IMG/VR virus record: IMGVR_UViG_3300045996_003052 | Coordinates: 11,743-75,742 of that record | Strand: one strand, 5' to 3' | DNA length: 64,000 bases | Source: a virus | Shown: piece by piece, positions 1 to 10,366 of the stretch | Position numbering within the stretch: position 1 is the first letter of the stretch | Layout: each line of letters opens with the position of its first letter | The notes under the pieces: generated by a model | What the model was told of the DNA's origin: nothing | Seen by the model: the letters and a program-made list of their open reading frames with translations, nothing else | Databases searched by the model: none | Made by a program: the position numbers and the translations under genes

Positions 1-69
1 CGCCTTAGGCGGTAGCGGAGACCATCACCCCGAGGTATTCGGGGCGACACACGGTAGCCGATTTGACTG

Positions 70-98
70 ACTATATCACGGGCAATTTTGGTTGTACA
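70..98 (-). promoter_or_regulatory. Leftward promoter (TGTACAACC class)
   Basis: The minus strand reads TGTACA-ACCAAAATTGCCCGTGA(17)-TATAGT, with the same TGTACAACC start as the minus-strand promoters at 14447-14475 and 57218-57246. Confidence 0.55.
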
Positions 99-274
99 AT
101 CCGATTATTAAAATTTTTCCCCCCGGGATTCTCTCTGCCCGATTTGGCTTTTTCGTTCCCCTGGGGATGTAGGGGGCAACAGTCCCAAAAGTAAAAATTA
201 GTTGGATGTACAACAAAAATTTAATCATAAATTTATATTATCAAATCATAAAAAACATTTATGAACGATTTTTG

Positions 275-302
275 TTGCAATACATATTGAAAAATGTAGA
301 AT
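275..302 (+). promoter_or_regulatory. Sigma70-type early promoter with AT-rich UP region
   Basis: TTGCAA-16 nt-TAGAAT preceded by long A/T tracts, upstream of the first + strand gene. Confidence 0.55.
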
Positions 303-322
303 AGTCATGTAAGTAAATTGTG

Positions 323-738
323 TTCTTTGAAAATTAAATAAAACCGATATGACTTTTTCCGTGTGGAGAATAACATGGCAAAAGCTAGATTATATGCATA
401 TAACCCTGACGCGGTAAAAAATGGTGACGCAAAATTGCGCCGCTATGTTGGAGAATTAAAGGGTCAAGCAAAAGTAGTGCTTGACGAACTCCGACGAAAT
501 TTGAAACCACGTCTTGCTGTTGAAATTGAAAAAACGACACCGTTTTTCGAAACCCGTCAAGAGCGATTTCGCGTAGTTCTGTATTACATTCTTGTTTTTA
601 AATCAAAGGGGATTATTTCTACGTATGACCCAGACGTAGAAAACGAAGATGAAAATGCGTTCGCAGGTTTGATTCCAACCGACGAAAACTAAAAAATCAA
701 AATCTTTGTCATATCGGTTTTATTTAGTTTTCAAAGAA
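323..738. repeat. 31-bp inverted repeat (323-353 / 708-738) flanking ORF 375-692; the left arm starts with a boxA-like GTTCTTTGAAAA
   Basis: ttctttgaaaattaaataaaaccgatatgac versus the reverse complement of gtcatatcggttttatttagttttcaaagaa: 30/31 identical, and the mismatch is a U-G pair in RNA. Confidence 0.95.
375..692 (+). CDS. Winged-helix-like DNA-binding protein, paralog 1
   Basis: GGAG RBS before ATG 375. Motif KGQAKVVLDEL...RQERFRVVLYYILVFKSKGII is shared with 13419-14015 and 28493-28861. Confidence 0.7.
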   Translation: MAKARLYAYNPDAVKNGDAKLRRYVGELKGQAKVVLDELRRNLKPRLAVEIEKTTPFFETRQERFRVVLYYILVFKSKGIISTYDPDVENEDENAFAGLIPTDEN

Positions 739-749
739 AGGAAAAAAAA

Positions 750-875
750 ATGTTAAAAATTACTGATTTTATTCGTGAGATTTCAATTCAGATTTTTGGT
801 GAAGGAAATCGAATTGATGATTTTCTTTGTCAGTGGCAATCAACCCATTATTTTGGAGGTAAAATTATTTATTAA
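750..875 (+). CDS. Small hypothetical protein (41 aa)
   Basis: AAAGGA RBS; MLKITDFIREISIQIFGEG...KIIY*; below the ORF-track cutoff. Confidence 0.5.
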   Translation: MLKITDFIREISIQIFGEGNRIDDFLCQWQSTHYFGGKIIY

Positions 876-1288
876 AAAATAAAAACATGGCTTAATTTCC
901 CACCAACTAGCCTGCCCCGCACCCCGGGCACCGCGCCCGGGGTCCCACCACCGACCCGTGGGCGGGGGCCGGCCCGGGTACTAGGGTCGAGGTAAGGAGC
1001 GAGGTATGAATCTCACTGTGAACGGCAAGGTCTGGGCCATCGCGTGGATCGAGGTCGGCGGCTACTGGGAGGCCCGCTGCGGGCACAGGGTCCTCGAAAC
1101 GTACACCATCGAGGAACTGTGTTACCTTCTTCCCCGCACGTACGTCGCCACGGAGAACTGAGATGACCGGGACCAAGAAACTGTGGTGTTGGAAATGCCG
1201 CGTGGAGCGCTGGATGGTCTGGCGCGCGGGGCTGGCTCGGTGTTATGAGTGCCTGCATTGCGGGCGGATGACGAGGGGGTAGCCAAGC

Positions 1289-1495
1289 ATGACGGTACGG
1301 TTCGAAATGTACAACGGGTCCGATACAGATAACAGGGGCTGGACGGAGTACGTAATCTACGACGTGCGTTCCCTGTACTACGACCGCAACGACGCCTGGA
1401 CGCTGCGTATTTCGGGCGTCTGGCCTTGGACTGGGAAAGAGGAACAGAGTACGTTCTTCTACAACCCGGTGCGTAACGTGCAAGTCGGGGACTAG
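1289..1495 (+). CDS. Hypothetical early protein
   Basis: GAGGGGG RBS; followed by a strong hairpin. Confidence 0.6.
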   Translation: MTVRFEMYNGSDTDNRGWTEYVIYDVRSLYYDRNDAWTLRISGVWPWTGKEEQSTFFYNPVRNVQVGD

Positions 1496-1512
1496 AGTCC
1501 CCGACTTGCACG
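1477..1512. terminator. Perfect hairpin with 17-bp arms
   Basis: cgtgcaagtcggggact-ag-agtccccgacttgcacg over the stop codon of 1289-1495; no U-tract. Confidence 0.55.
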
Positions 1513-1801
1513 GGGTGGTAACCTAGGTAGATCCGCAGCGCGTAATTTGCGCGGGCCGCGCCCTGAAGTCTGCGTTCTGAAACGCCATACTTCGGAAATT
1601 AACCGGCATGCCCAAGTAAACCTGGTCATGGTTTTCGGAAATTAACTACCACGCCGTTGGGCCCTCGAACGGGATATTGGGAAACGATGTCGGAAACAAT
1701 TTAACCCGCCGTGTCATTTCGATGTTCTCTTCGGGAAATAATGAGTATATAATATTCATGATGAGAAATTTATCTCACTTAATTAATCACGGAGGAAAAA
1801 C

Positions 1802-2005
1802 ATGGCAAACAGAAACGTGGCAGAGATCCTAAAAATGACGATCAGACAACCGCTTGCGCGGTTGTCGGAAAGCGAGGCTGCGGAACGGGCCGAGCGGCTA
1901 CGATTAGCCGGCCACGGGTTCTCGACCGCGAGGCCCCAGAGCGAAACTCCTAAATTTCAGGAGTTCCGCAAAGACTGGCAACGCATGATGGTGCGGGAGG
2001 AATAA
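1802..2005 (+). CDS. Hypothetical early protein
   Basis: TATAAT at 1748-1753 and GGAGG RBS. Confidence 0.7.
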   Translation: MANRNVAEILKMTIRQPLARLSESEAAERAERLRLAGHGFSTARPQSETPKFQEFRKDWQRMMVREE

Positions 2006-2006
2006 C

Positions 2007-2327
2007 ATGGATACCAAGAACCTCGATGATCTTCTAGAAAGCGGGGAACCTATCATGGTCGGCGACATCGAATTCACCTCGGCGGGTTTTCTGGATTACG
2101 GAAACAACGACTGTTGGGAGGTTCTCACCCCGAAGGTCCGGCCAGCTAACGCCGACGGGAACTTCGTTGAGTCCAACTACGACGTCTACTTCATCGAACA
2201 CCAGGACTACCCGCACCAACTGACCGCTCGCGGTCAGTTTCTTGCGCAGGTGCCTGACCAGCACCTCAACACCGTGATCATTCAACTCGGCCAGGTCCTG
2301 GCCGAGTACGACAAGGAAGGTGCCTGA
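2007..2327 (+). CDS. Hypothetical early protein
   Basis: GGAGGA RBS; abuts the previous gene. Confidence 0.7.
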   Translation: MDTKNLDDLLESGEPIMVGDIEFTSAGFLDYGNNDCWEVLTPKVRPANADGNFVESNYDVYFIEHQDYPHQLTARGQFLAQVPDQHLNTVIIQLGQVLAEYDKEGA

Positions 2328-2559
2328 CCATGGACCTCGTCATTGGGTTCGTATTCCTGTTCTGTGGGCTCGGTCTCCTTCTTGGGACCGGGCCCCGCCG
2401 TAAGGGCTGGGGCCGGAAGCGCCGGCGCGGCAGCGGGGGCACTAGCATGAAGATGTCCTCGTACCGAAGCACCAAGTCGCGGGGTAAACCGCGGCCAGGA
2501 AACTAACTAGTGGGTAGGGCCCAAATGCGGGGTATCAGGAAACGCACGCCGGACCAATT

Positions 2560-3222
2560 TCACGTTTCCTGGTGCCCCGGCTCATCATTCGAGGCGTTTT
2601 TATCGCCAAATTCATCGCTTTTGGGCTCGCTGGAGGTCCCTGGGTCGCCATTTTCCGCGGATTGCGGCGCGGGAAACACGGGCCGGGCTACGTCTTTCAC
2701 CGCATTTTCTACGACTTGCCCCTCTAGGACTGCGTCGAACGGTGACCTCTCGAGCAATCTTTTGTCCACAGGGTGGCCTGCGGCGGCCAATCTTTCTAGT
2801 AAGGCGCGTGTCTTTTTATATACCTCGACATCAGGTAGGGCGCGCTTATCGTCGACTTCGACCTTGTGCATCGAGGCCGCGTTCAAACCAAGCAGCTTGG
2901 CCCGGCGCTCACAGAGCCGAATAAACGTGTCAACGTGCTCGAGCGAGCCGGCCTCAGCCTTGTCAGCCACAGCTTGGATCAAGCGATCAAGCCGAGCGAG
3001 CTCAAGTTCTAAAACCTGGCCTGCCTCCGCGGCCCGCAGGCGTGCCATTTTTTCAAGTTCTTGGTTCACGTACTTGTGCGCGGTGCCCAAAGAAACGCCA
3101 AGCGTGTCAGCGATGTCTGAATATGAGTATCCCTTTCGTCGTAACTCCAGCGCCTTTCGTACCACTTGGGGTAATTGCTCAGGGGTCCAAACGCGAATTC
3201 CCGGCTCGTTATGTGCGACCAT
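2560..3222 (-). CDS. terS: HTH protein, probable terminase small subunit
   Basis: N-terminal HTH (ELRRKGYSYSDIADTLGVSLGTAHKY) followed by LELARLD...AGS...VD...ERRAKLLGL, a pattern typical of HTH-type TerS proteins. Confidence 0.6.
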   Translation of the reverse strand: MVAHNEPGIRVWTPEQLPQVVRKALELRRKGYSYSDIADTLGVSLGTAHKYVNQELEKMARLRAAEAGQVLELELARLDRLIQAVADKAEAGSLEHVDTFIRLCERRAKLLGLNAASMHKVEVDDKRALPDVEVYKKTRALLERLAAAGHPVDKRLLERSPFDAVLEGQVVENAVKDVARPVFPAPQSAENGDPGTSSEPKSDEFGDKNASNDEPGHQET

Positions 3223-3299
3223 GGTAAGTCAATCGTACAATGCTTTTCATCAGCAAGTACAATCCTATTATAAGGCACTTTCCAAACAGAGCAAACCAA

Positions 3300-3600
3300 A
3301 GTGGCCAGAGACCAGTGTAACGTCCAGTGGTGTTACGCATAAATTACCAGGTGTAACACGTTACGTTGCGGTGAAACACAACTTATTTCCTGATGTTACG
3401 ACCCAGTATAAAAAGATAGTGTCTTTTTATTCGGGTAACACGTCAAGATATAGCAATGTTACATACTTCGTACCCCTAAGTTATTACAACGAAAGGACTT
3501 ACGTACCAAGATACGTTAAATGTAACAGTAACACTAAGTCCCGAGGAATATGCAGTGTGCGGTGTGCTCCTAAGTTGTTGATTTCATTACGTTTGCAGAA
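3300..3600. repeat. Non-coding GTAAC/GTTAC iteron cluster with an IHF-like site; candidate ori or pac region
   Basis: About 9 GTAAC/GTTAC copies in 3316-3532. The reverse complement of 3571-3583 is AATCAACAACTTA, matching WATCAANNNNTTR. Confidence 0.5.
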
Positions 3601-3804
3601 TAATGAGTGCCCACATAATACTGCGGCGGGACGCACCCCATATGATATGGGGTTATTTAGATGTGCCGTATTTATAGGGAGTATTAACCCGATGACCGTG
3701 GCCGCACACCCCACTTTGGGGCCCCTTAGTATTACAAAATTTCACCGCTTCGGCACTAAACAAAAGAGTTTACAGCTAGATACAACCACATTATAATAGA
3801 GCCT

Positions 3805-4266
3805 ATGATGAAACGCATAGATAAAACGGTTGAACAGATTAACTTAATCAATTATGGTAGGTTTGAACGCCGACTCGGCGCCTTCTTCGTCTCAGGAATC
3901 TCTTTAGATTTCCTGATAAGCGAGGCACTCGAAAAAGGCCGTGAAAGTCGATGCTGGGTGTGGAAGTCCACCCTAGCAAAGCGCGGGAACTACGTGCTTC
4001 CTATGTTGAAGATCATCAACCCATATACTAAGAAGGATGAAAACGTCTATGCTAGACGATTTGCCCGCTTTCTTACCTTCAAAGCCTATCCGCCAGTTGG
4101 GGCGTGGTTGGTACTTACATGCGGTGAGGAGAAGTGCGTTAACCCAGTTCATTGCATTGTAAGTGACGCTGAAAATTGGCACGCCGACAAGATGCAAGCG
4201 GTAATTACCGACCCTGTATTTGCCGCAGAAATTGCTGCCGCCGGAAAGAAGCAGGAGAACAGGTAA
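3805..4266 (+). CDS. HNH-fold protein, probably catalytically degenerate
   Basis: CWVW...YARR...VLTCGEEKCVNPVHC resembles the HNH_3 pattern VLHxCDNxxCVNPxHL but lacks the first His and the final Asn. Leaderless from promoter 3769-3797. Confidence 0.55.
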   Translation: MMKRIDKTVEQINLINYGRFERRLGAFFVSGISLDFLISEALEKGRESRCWVWKSTLAKRGNYVLPMLKIINPYTKKDENVYARRFARFLTFKAYPPVGAWLVLTCGEEKCVNPVHCIVSDAENWHADKMQAVITDPVFAAEIAAAGKKQENR

Positions 4267-4600
4267 TGTTAAAAGTTACTTTGATAACCAGTCCCTTCAT
4301 AGATGAATTTTTAAAAACTCGTTTCTCACGTGCCGGCTACGCTAACATATTCGACAACGTGCTGTCGGTCGAAACCAACGATATCCACATCATATTGACC
4401 GTGCTCAGGGAAGACAAAAAACATATCCCGCCACACCCAGATGAAGTTTCTACCGAAGCTGCCAGACTCACCTACCAGCCAAAATTCATCTCATATGGTT
4501 GGAAGCAGGTAGTCCTTAACCTAGAACGGCGGTTCTTCCTAGACACATTTAAGGTAGAACGTATGGAGTAACAATGTACTCGGCTCGAGGCACATTGTTA

Positions 4601-4630
4601 TTTACTTTCGCACCCCGGATGTTATATAAT
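4601..4630 (+). promoter_or_regulatory. Phage early promoter
   Basis: TTTACT-18-TATAAT; near-identical copy at 8060-8089; preceded by hairpin 4571-4599. Confidence 0.75.
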
Positions 4631-4678
4631 TATCACAATGAGTTTTTTATTCACCAACTGTCACAACGGAGGTAAAAC

Positions 4679-7600
4679 ATGGCAATCGTCTACTTTGAAG
4701 TCGAGCCGGAGAGATTAAAGGAAACCGAGGAGTTCGTAGAGAAACGAGGAGGTAAGCTGTACCACAGCAGCAAGGTCCCGGTGACCCTGGCTACCCAGTC
4801 AGACGAGGCCCTCGAAACCATCCTGTCCGATCTCGGGTTCACCCACGAGGACCTGGAGGACGGTAGGGTCGAGCGGTATAAAACCGGTGAAGAGCGCCTC
4901 CTCGAGGAACTTAACGCCGACGACCCCGACAACGAGGTGTCCTACATGCAGGCCAGGCTCCTGGCCATCAGCCAAAAGCTTGGCGAGTGGCGCGAGTCCG
5001 CCAAGCGCCTCGAGAAGCTCGGTGACCCCCTCTCGCCTAAGGACGTCGCGAAGATCGAGTCCATCGACACACACGCCCTTCAGCTACGCGAGGAGCTTAG
5101 CGGGTTGTTTACTTGGAACGGCAACTTCGCAAGGAGGTAAAGCATGGCAACAGACAAGCAGCGCGAGGTCGCCCGTAAGCTCCTCGAGGAAGACCTCCAG
5201 GATTTTGGCGGGTACATCTGTCTCGATGAAGACTGTGAACGTACCGTTCACGTCACGGTAAGGTGCACGGCCAAGGAGTTCATGGAGTTCTGCGACCAAC
5301 TAATCAAGGGGTTCCCTGAATTTACTGACGAGTTACTTCCCTGTGACGACAACAACTTCTGGGGCTGGACGGTCGAAGACATCTGCGAAAACCTATTCGA
5401 ACTCCACCCCGAACAGGCCGCTAAACTCTATCCCGAAGCACTGTAGAGGAGGAAAACATGGCAAAGCGTATGTTCAACGTAAGCGTCGACATCGAAATCG
5501 ACACGGAGACAGAAAACACGGGAGCGGATCTTGCCGCCAACGTTATCGCGCTCGGGCTCGATAACGCGATAGGCGGTGCCAATGGAGTTCTGGGGTACGA
5601 CCTCGAGGTCATGTGGGTCTACTCAGACCCCCACGGTGAGGATGAGGAAGGCGGCCACGAGCCAGAAAGAGTGGTGACGCGTGTCAGCTACTAACAAGAT
5701 CACCTGGCCAGCCTACAAGATCACCGAGACGCGGTCCGTCAACGTGCCGAGCTACCAAGGGCTCGCGTGCGAGGACTGCGACGGAAACTCGGGCCGCTGG
5801 CGTACCTACAACATCGCGGACCTAATCTTTGACAGTCCTGGTAGAACTTACCGGGTCTGTCAAGAGTGCGCGTGGGTTAACCACGGCGTCCTGGTCGCGC
5901 CGGTCTACAACGAGGAGGTTCTATGACTGCGGAACAAAAGGCGAAGGTTCGAGAACTTGCCGCGCGGCACAACCAACACCCCCAAAAGGGGGTCGGTATT
6001 AATGTCCAGGTAACGTGTCAGGTACACTCCGCCGTCTTATTCTTCGGTCTGTCTGAGGCAGACCTAATGGGTCTGACGGACGAGGAGTTCAACCAACTGT
6101 GCTTTGAGACGGCCCAGGACCCATATACCCAGGTCTGTGAGGGGACGTTGGACATGAAGCACGACGCCGAGTTCGTCAACCGGCGAGATTACGACGAGGA
6201 GGAATATTGATGCTTGAAGTCCCGGATTACCCCAACCAGGTCGACTGCGACGATTGCGGCGACCCCATCATCACCCGGTCGGAGACGGACTCCGACATCT
6301 ACGCCGACGACAGCACAGACACGCTGTGTCGCCGGTGCTACGTTGAAAACTACCTGCAGCGCATCATGGAGGCCGTGTACGTGCTGCGGGAGATTGACGT
6401 CGACACTATCCCGCTGCAGTCAGCGGTCGGGAACGTGCGCGACGAGGAGGACATCCGCTCATGATCACTAGTAAGTCAGTTCGTGTTAGTGGCAAGGGCC
6501 AGACGGTCAACTTCGTGGAAAGTCTTTGGTACCAGGACAGTACCGACGCCGTCCACGTCCTTCGCGTTAAAATCCACAACGACAGCTACCGTGACCAGTC
6601 GTGGGGCAAGGTAGAGCGGTGGGACGGCACGCAGTGGCACGAGGTCGCGTCCATCAACGGCGCGGAATTTAGCATGGAGCTTGGTATCGGTTACAAGCCG
6701 CGAACTATCACCGCCGCCGACTTTTGGCAGGACCGCGACCACCTGCTGCAGCTCGCCCAGGAGGTGCTGCTAGGATGACAGTCACGTTGATTACCAAAGA
6801 CGGTAACGCCGTCGTCTACAACCACGTCGTCGCGATCGAACACGACGATCGGACCATTACAGTAACGCTGCCACGCGGTGTCTTCCACGTAGCGCCGCGT
6901 CAGTTCTATGAGGATACGTACTATGTGGACTAAGGAGGACTTCTAATGGCGAACCTATATAAGGCCGACGGCACGGTGTCCGTCGTGACCCCCTCAAAGG
7001 GGTCGCGATGGACGCTTGGTGAGCTCCAGGGACACGTTGGTGGGTGCATCGAGCTGATGCCCGGCCTGCGAAAAGTCCGCGTCATTATGAACCAGGAGGC
7101 CGCCCTCCGTGGACTGCCGGTCAACCGGCGAGCCACGGACCTCGTTTTGGAGCTCTTAGCCACCACCCCGGCACCGCTGAGGTACGTGCCGGTAATTCGC
7201 GGCGACGTCCTGGTGCTCACGCCAGGGGAGAGGATGTAGGTTCGTGATACAAACAAACCTGCTTGGCCGGTACGTCATCGATGCAGGCGAAAGTGATAGG
7301 GCTCCCAGGCACGAGGTCGTTGGTGTTTTCATCGAGGACGGTGTACCGGTGCTGATACTTATGACTTCTAACGGGTACCTAATGACGGAAATCGCTAGCC
7401 GGAATCGCGTGGTTCCGCTGCGGGAGGTGACGGGTGAAGAGCAGAGATGAAGACCACCCACGTCGCACTGACCTACTTCAGGAAGACCGGCAAGTACTAC
7501 GCCGGTGGCGAAATCGACTTACCGTACAATGTCGATAAGCCGTTGATGTTCCACGAGACGCTTCAGCAGGTCGTAGACCTGCTGAACAGCGGGCAACGCC

Positions 7601-8015
7601 CAGGCCTAGTTGACGGCATGGGCTTCGACGTTTTGGTCACGGTCTATACTGAGTATGGCCCGCTACCGCACCTCTTTGTCCGGGACGTCGACGGGTACGT
7701 CGGCCAGCGGTCGCTACGTGTCAAGGAGGAGGACCCAGGATGAAGACCATCTTCAAATACGAGTTCAATATCACGGACGAGTTTTTCTTGACACTGCCTA
7801 AGGACGCCATAGTATTAACCGTGCAAACGCAACGCAATGTTCCGGTACTTTGGGCGCTGGTCGATCCCGAAGCGCCGACAGAGAACCGGTACTTCGCGCT
7901 TAGAGGGACCGGGCACAATGCGGACGACTTGGAAGAGAACAAGGACGCCCACTACGTGGGTACGTTCCAAATGCAAGGTGGCGCGCTCGTCTTTCACCTA
8001 TTCGAGCGGTATTAA
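4679..8015 (+). CDS. Operon of small hypothetical early genes (4679-5140, 5144-5446, 5458-5694, 5681-5926, 5923-6210, 6207-6464, 6461-6778, 6946-7239 DUF3846-like, 7244-7450, 7447-7743, 7740-8015)
   Basis: Tightly packed co-directional ORFs with GGAGG RBSs and ATGA overlaps; several carry CxxC motifs. Confidence 0.7.
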
Positions 8016-8059
8016 AGTTCCATTGTGTCCCGTCCGTTAGGGGACGGGGCACAATGTTA

Positions 8060-8089
8060 TTTACTTTCGCGCCCCGTATGTTATATAAT
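8060..8089 (+). promoter_or_regulatory. Phage early promoter
   Basis: tttactttcgcgccccgtatgttatataat; preceded by hairpin 8021-8056. Confidence 0.75.
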
Positions 8090-8370
8090 TACTATAGGAG
8101 GTGAAAACGTGGCACAGAAGTGTAGGACCGAAGAGATTACCCGCAGGATGGTCACCGACGACTTCTCCTGGCCGCAGCTCGTCCTGCCGCTAAAGCGGTG
8201 GACCCACGACCGCGTCGTGGAACACGCGTACCTATGTGACCCAGTTCCTTTGGGTCACAAAGTCATGATCTACGTCGGGAACATGTGGGCGCCCAACCCC
8301 AAGAAGGACCCGGCGATCTTGTACGACAGCGTGGACGCCTTCATTGAGGCCGGCTGGGAGGTGGACTGAC

Positions 8371-9219
8371 ATGCCGGCTCACTGGCTCCCACAGCCGGAA
8401 ACCTCGGCGCAGCTCCTCGCCCGACTCGTCCACCATGGTGGGCGTGTACTAGTCGTCGGCGGCGGCACGGAGAACTTGCCCGACGTCTACACCCGCCACC
8501 CGCAACTCGTCTTTTGGGATGATGAGTCCCAGACTCATCATCACAAAGAGGTACCGGCTAACGTCAAGGCGATCCTCTGGAACCGCTGGATTTCGCACTC
8601 GACCGTCGCGCGCCTCAATGACGTCGTCAACAGGCGCCGCCTGTTGAAGTTCCCAATGCTTCGGACCGCGGAAATCAAGGAACTACTTAAGGAAATCGTC
8701 TACTTACAGCCGACGGTGTCGGCTGCAAAGGAGGTACGCGTGGTAGAACAAGAACATGAGGTCGTGGAACGTCCGGCACCAAAACAGCGGCTCGGGTCGC
8801 TAAAGGACTTCGTCCGCCAAAACTACGACAGATCGCGCGACTACTCGCAGGTTGGTGAGAAGACGAAGGAGTCTGACCGCCTACTTCCCCTCGTAGCGGC
8901 CGCGGGGCTCACGACCACGCCAGCTTCCCTGGCTGAATGCGTCCGGATGGTCATCAAAGAGTCCGGCGCGCCGCTGCCTCGGTCCTCGTCAACCCCTAAG
9001 GCGCCAGCGACGGTCGCTAAGCGAGTTGTTCGGACACGCCAGACACCGTCGCCCAAGGCGGCGGGGTCTGACGACTTCGAGCAGCTTGATAAGCTCATCG
9101 ACGACGCCATCACAGCGCTCAAGCTGGTGCAGGAACACATGCCGCGCGTTCGGTTGGAAACCGAACGCTTACGGGACCTCAAGACCAAGGTCATCGCGAT
9201 GTTGCAGGGAGGTGGCTAA
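8371..9219 (+). CDS. Hypothetical protein (N-terminal Rossmann-like domain, coiled-coil C-terminus)
   Basis: GGAGGTG RBS; VLVVGG motif. Confidence 0.6.
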   Translation: MPAHWLPQPETSAQLLARLVHHGGRVLVVGGGTENLPDVYTRHPQLVFWDDESQTHHHKEVPANVKAILWNRWISHSTVARLNDVVNRRRLLKFPMLRTAEIKELLKEIVYLQPTVSAAKEVRVVEQEHEVVERPAPKQRLGSLKDFVRQNYDRSRDYSQVGEKTKESDRLLPLVAAAGLTTTPASLAECVRMVIKESGAPLPRSSSTPKAPATVAKRVVRTRQTPSPKAAGSDDFEQLDKLIDDAITALKLVQEHMPRVRLETERLRDLKTKVIAMLQGGG

Positions 9220-10096
9220 TGCGGCTACAGCTAAGGCGTCGGGAGTTTACGACCGCGTCCTCAGACCCCACGGTCGTCGTCGAGTACGAGGACAGAGCCG
9301 TCCACGTCAAAATCACCGAGTTCCAAAACGTGTACCGCACCGAGCCTACGGACCCACGGGCACCTGGTTGTGGCGAACTTGTTCAAGCACTCGGCGAGAC
9401 GCTGCACCGGACGCTGGAGGAGCTGCACTGTAGCCATTTCGATGAATCTCATCGAAATGACTACGTGGAGCACCTAGAGCAACAGCTCCGTGAAATTCGC
9501 CACCGCGCGGTCTGCGAACTCCTAGCTGACCGCGGCCTAGTCGCGAGCTACGAGTACCCCGGGTACGTCCACGTGTCCAAAGACACGGGGGCGTACTGGG
9601 CGTTTGGTATCAACCAGGAAGGCCAGGACGCCAGCGTCTGGACCGGGCAGCTGCACGACTCGATGGGTGACGTCGTGGGGCTATTTGAGCGTCAGTTTCC
9701 TGACGCCAACGACGTTAAGGCGATCGCCGACGCCCTCGCGGAGGAGGTGAGAAAGTCATGAAGCTCTGGACCTACGAAGTAAGGGCGGTGAATCCAGAAG
9801 AGCGGGATGACGACGGGCTGTGGTGGCCGCGTAAGGTGTGGGGTACGAAGGAGGAGGCTCGGGCTGCCGCTGACCAATACTCACGGTCGGAGTGGGAGGG
9901 GAATCGAGACCTAGAGGGGGAGCTTCCAGGTCTCGAGGACTTTAAGCCGCTAGTTTGGTCTTTAGCTATTAATGAACCAAATGGTGATGAATTTGCGGAA
10001 GACGAATACAACGGCGACGAGTTCACGCTAGTCGTCGTTGCCTGGGAGCCCCAGGCAATTATCGTAAAGGGGTACAATGATCACGAAAATGCGTAG
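9219..10096 (+). CDS. Two hypothetical genes (9219-9761, 9758-10096)
   Basis: Coupled ORFs with RBSs. Confidence 0.65.
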
Positions 10097-10283
10097 TGTC
10101 TCCGTGCCCGCTGCCAGGGACACTCTCTGGCAGCAGGCGCAAGTCCTCGCGCGTCGGCGCGGGATCTCTATGTCTAAGTTCGTCCTCGACTGCGTCGAGA
10201 AAGAAGTAAAGCGCGCGGAAATCCCCGACGCCTACCTACTAGAGCCGGACGACGAGGACTTGGAGCCGGAAAGTGTCGACTGA
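10077..10283 (+). CDS. Ribbon-helix-helix DNA-binding protein
   Basis: RSVSVP...LWQQAQVLARRRGISMSKFVLDCVEKE fits the RHH pattern. Confidence 0.55.
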   Translation: MITKMRSVSVPAARDTLWQQAQVLARRRGISMSKFVLDCVEKEVKRAEIPDAYLLEPDDEDLEPESVD

Positions 10284-10314
10284 AACAATGCGCCACGTTC
10301 GCGTTAAAAAGTAG

Positions 10315-10344
10315 TGTACTTCCGTGCCCCGGGAGTTATATAAT
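10315..10344 (+). promoter_or_regulatory. Phage early promoter
   Basis: TTAAAAA...TGTACT-18-TATAAT. Confidence 0.75.
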
Positions 10345-10366
10345 AGCTATAGGAGGTAAAAATCGG

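Noticed and set aside
2510-3796. 428-aa + strand ORF
   Set aside because: Its first half is antisense to the TerS-like gene and its second half translates the GTAAC/GTTAC field; no RBS or recognisable domain. The long stop-free run in AT-rich DNA is odd, so Ribo-seq would settle it.
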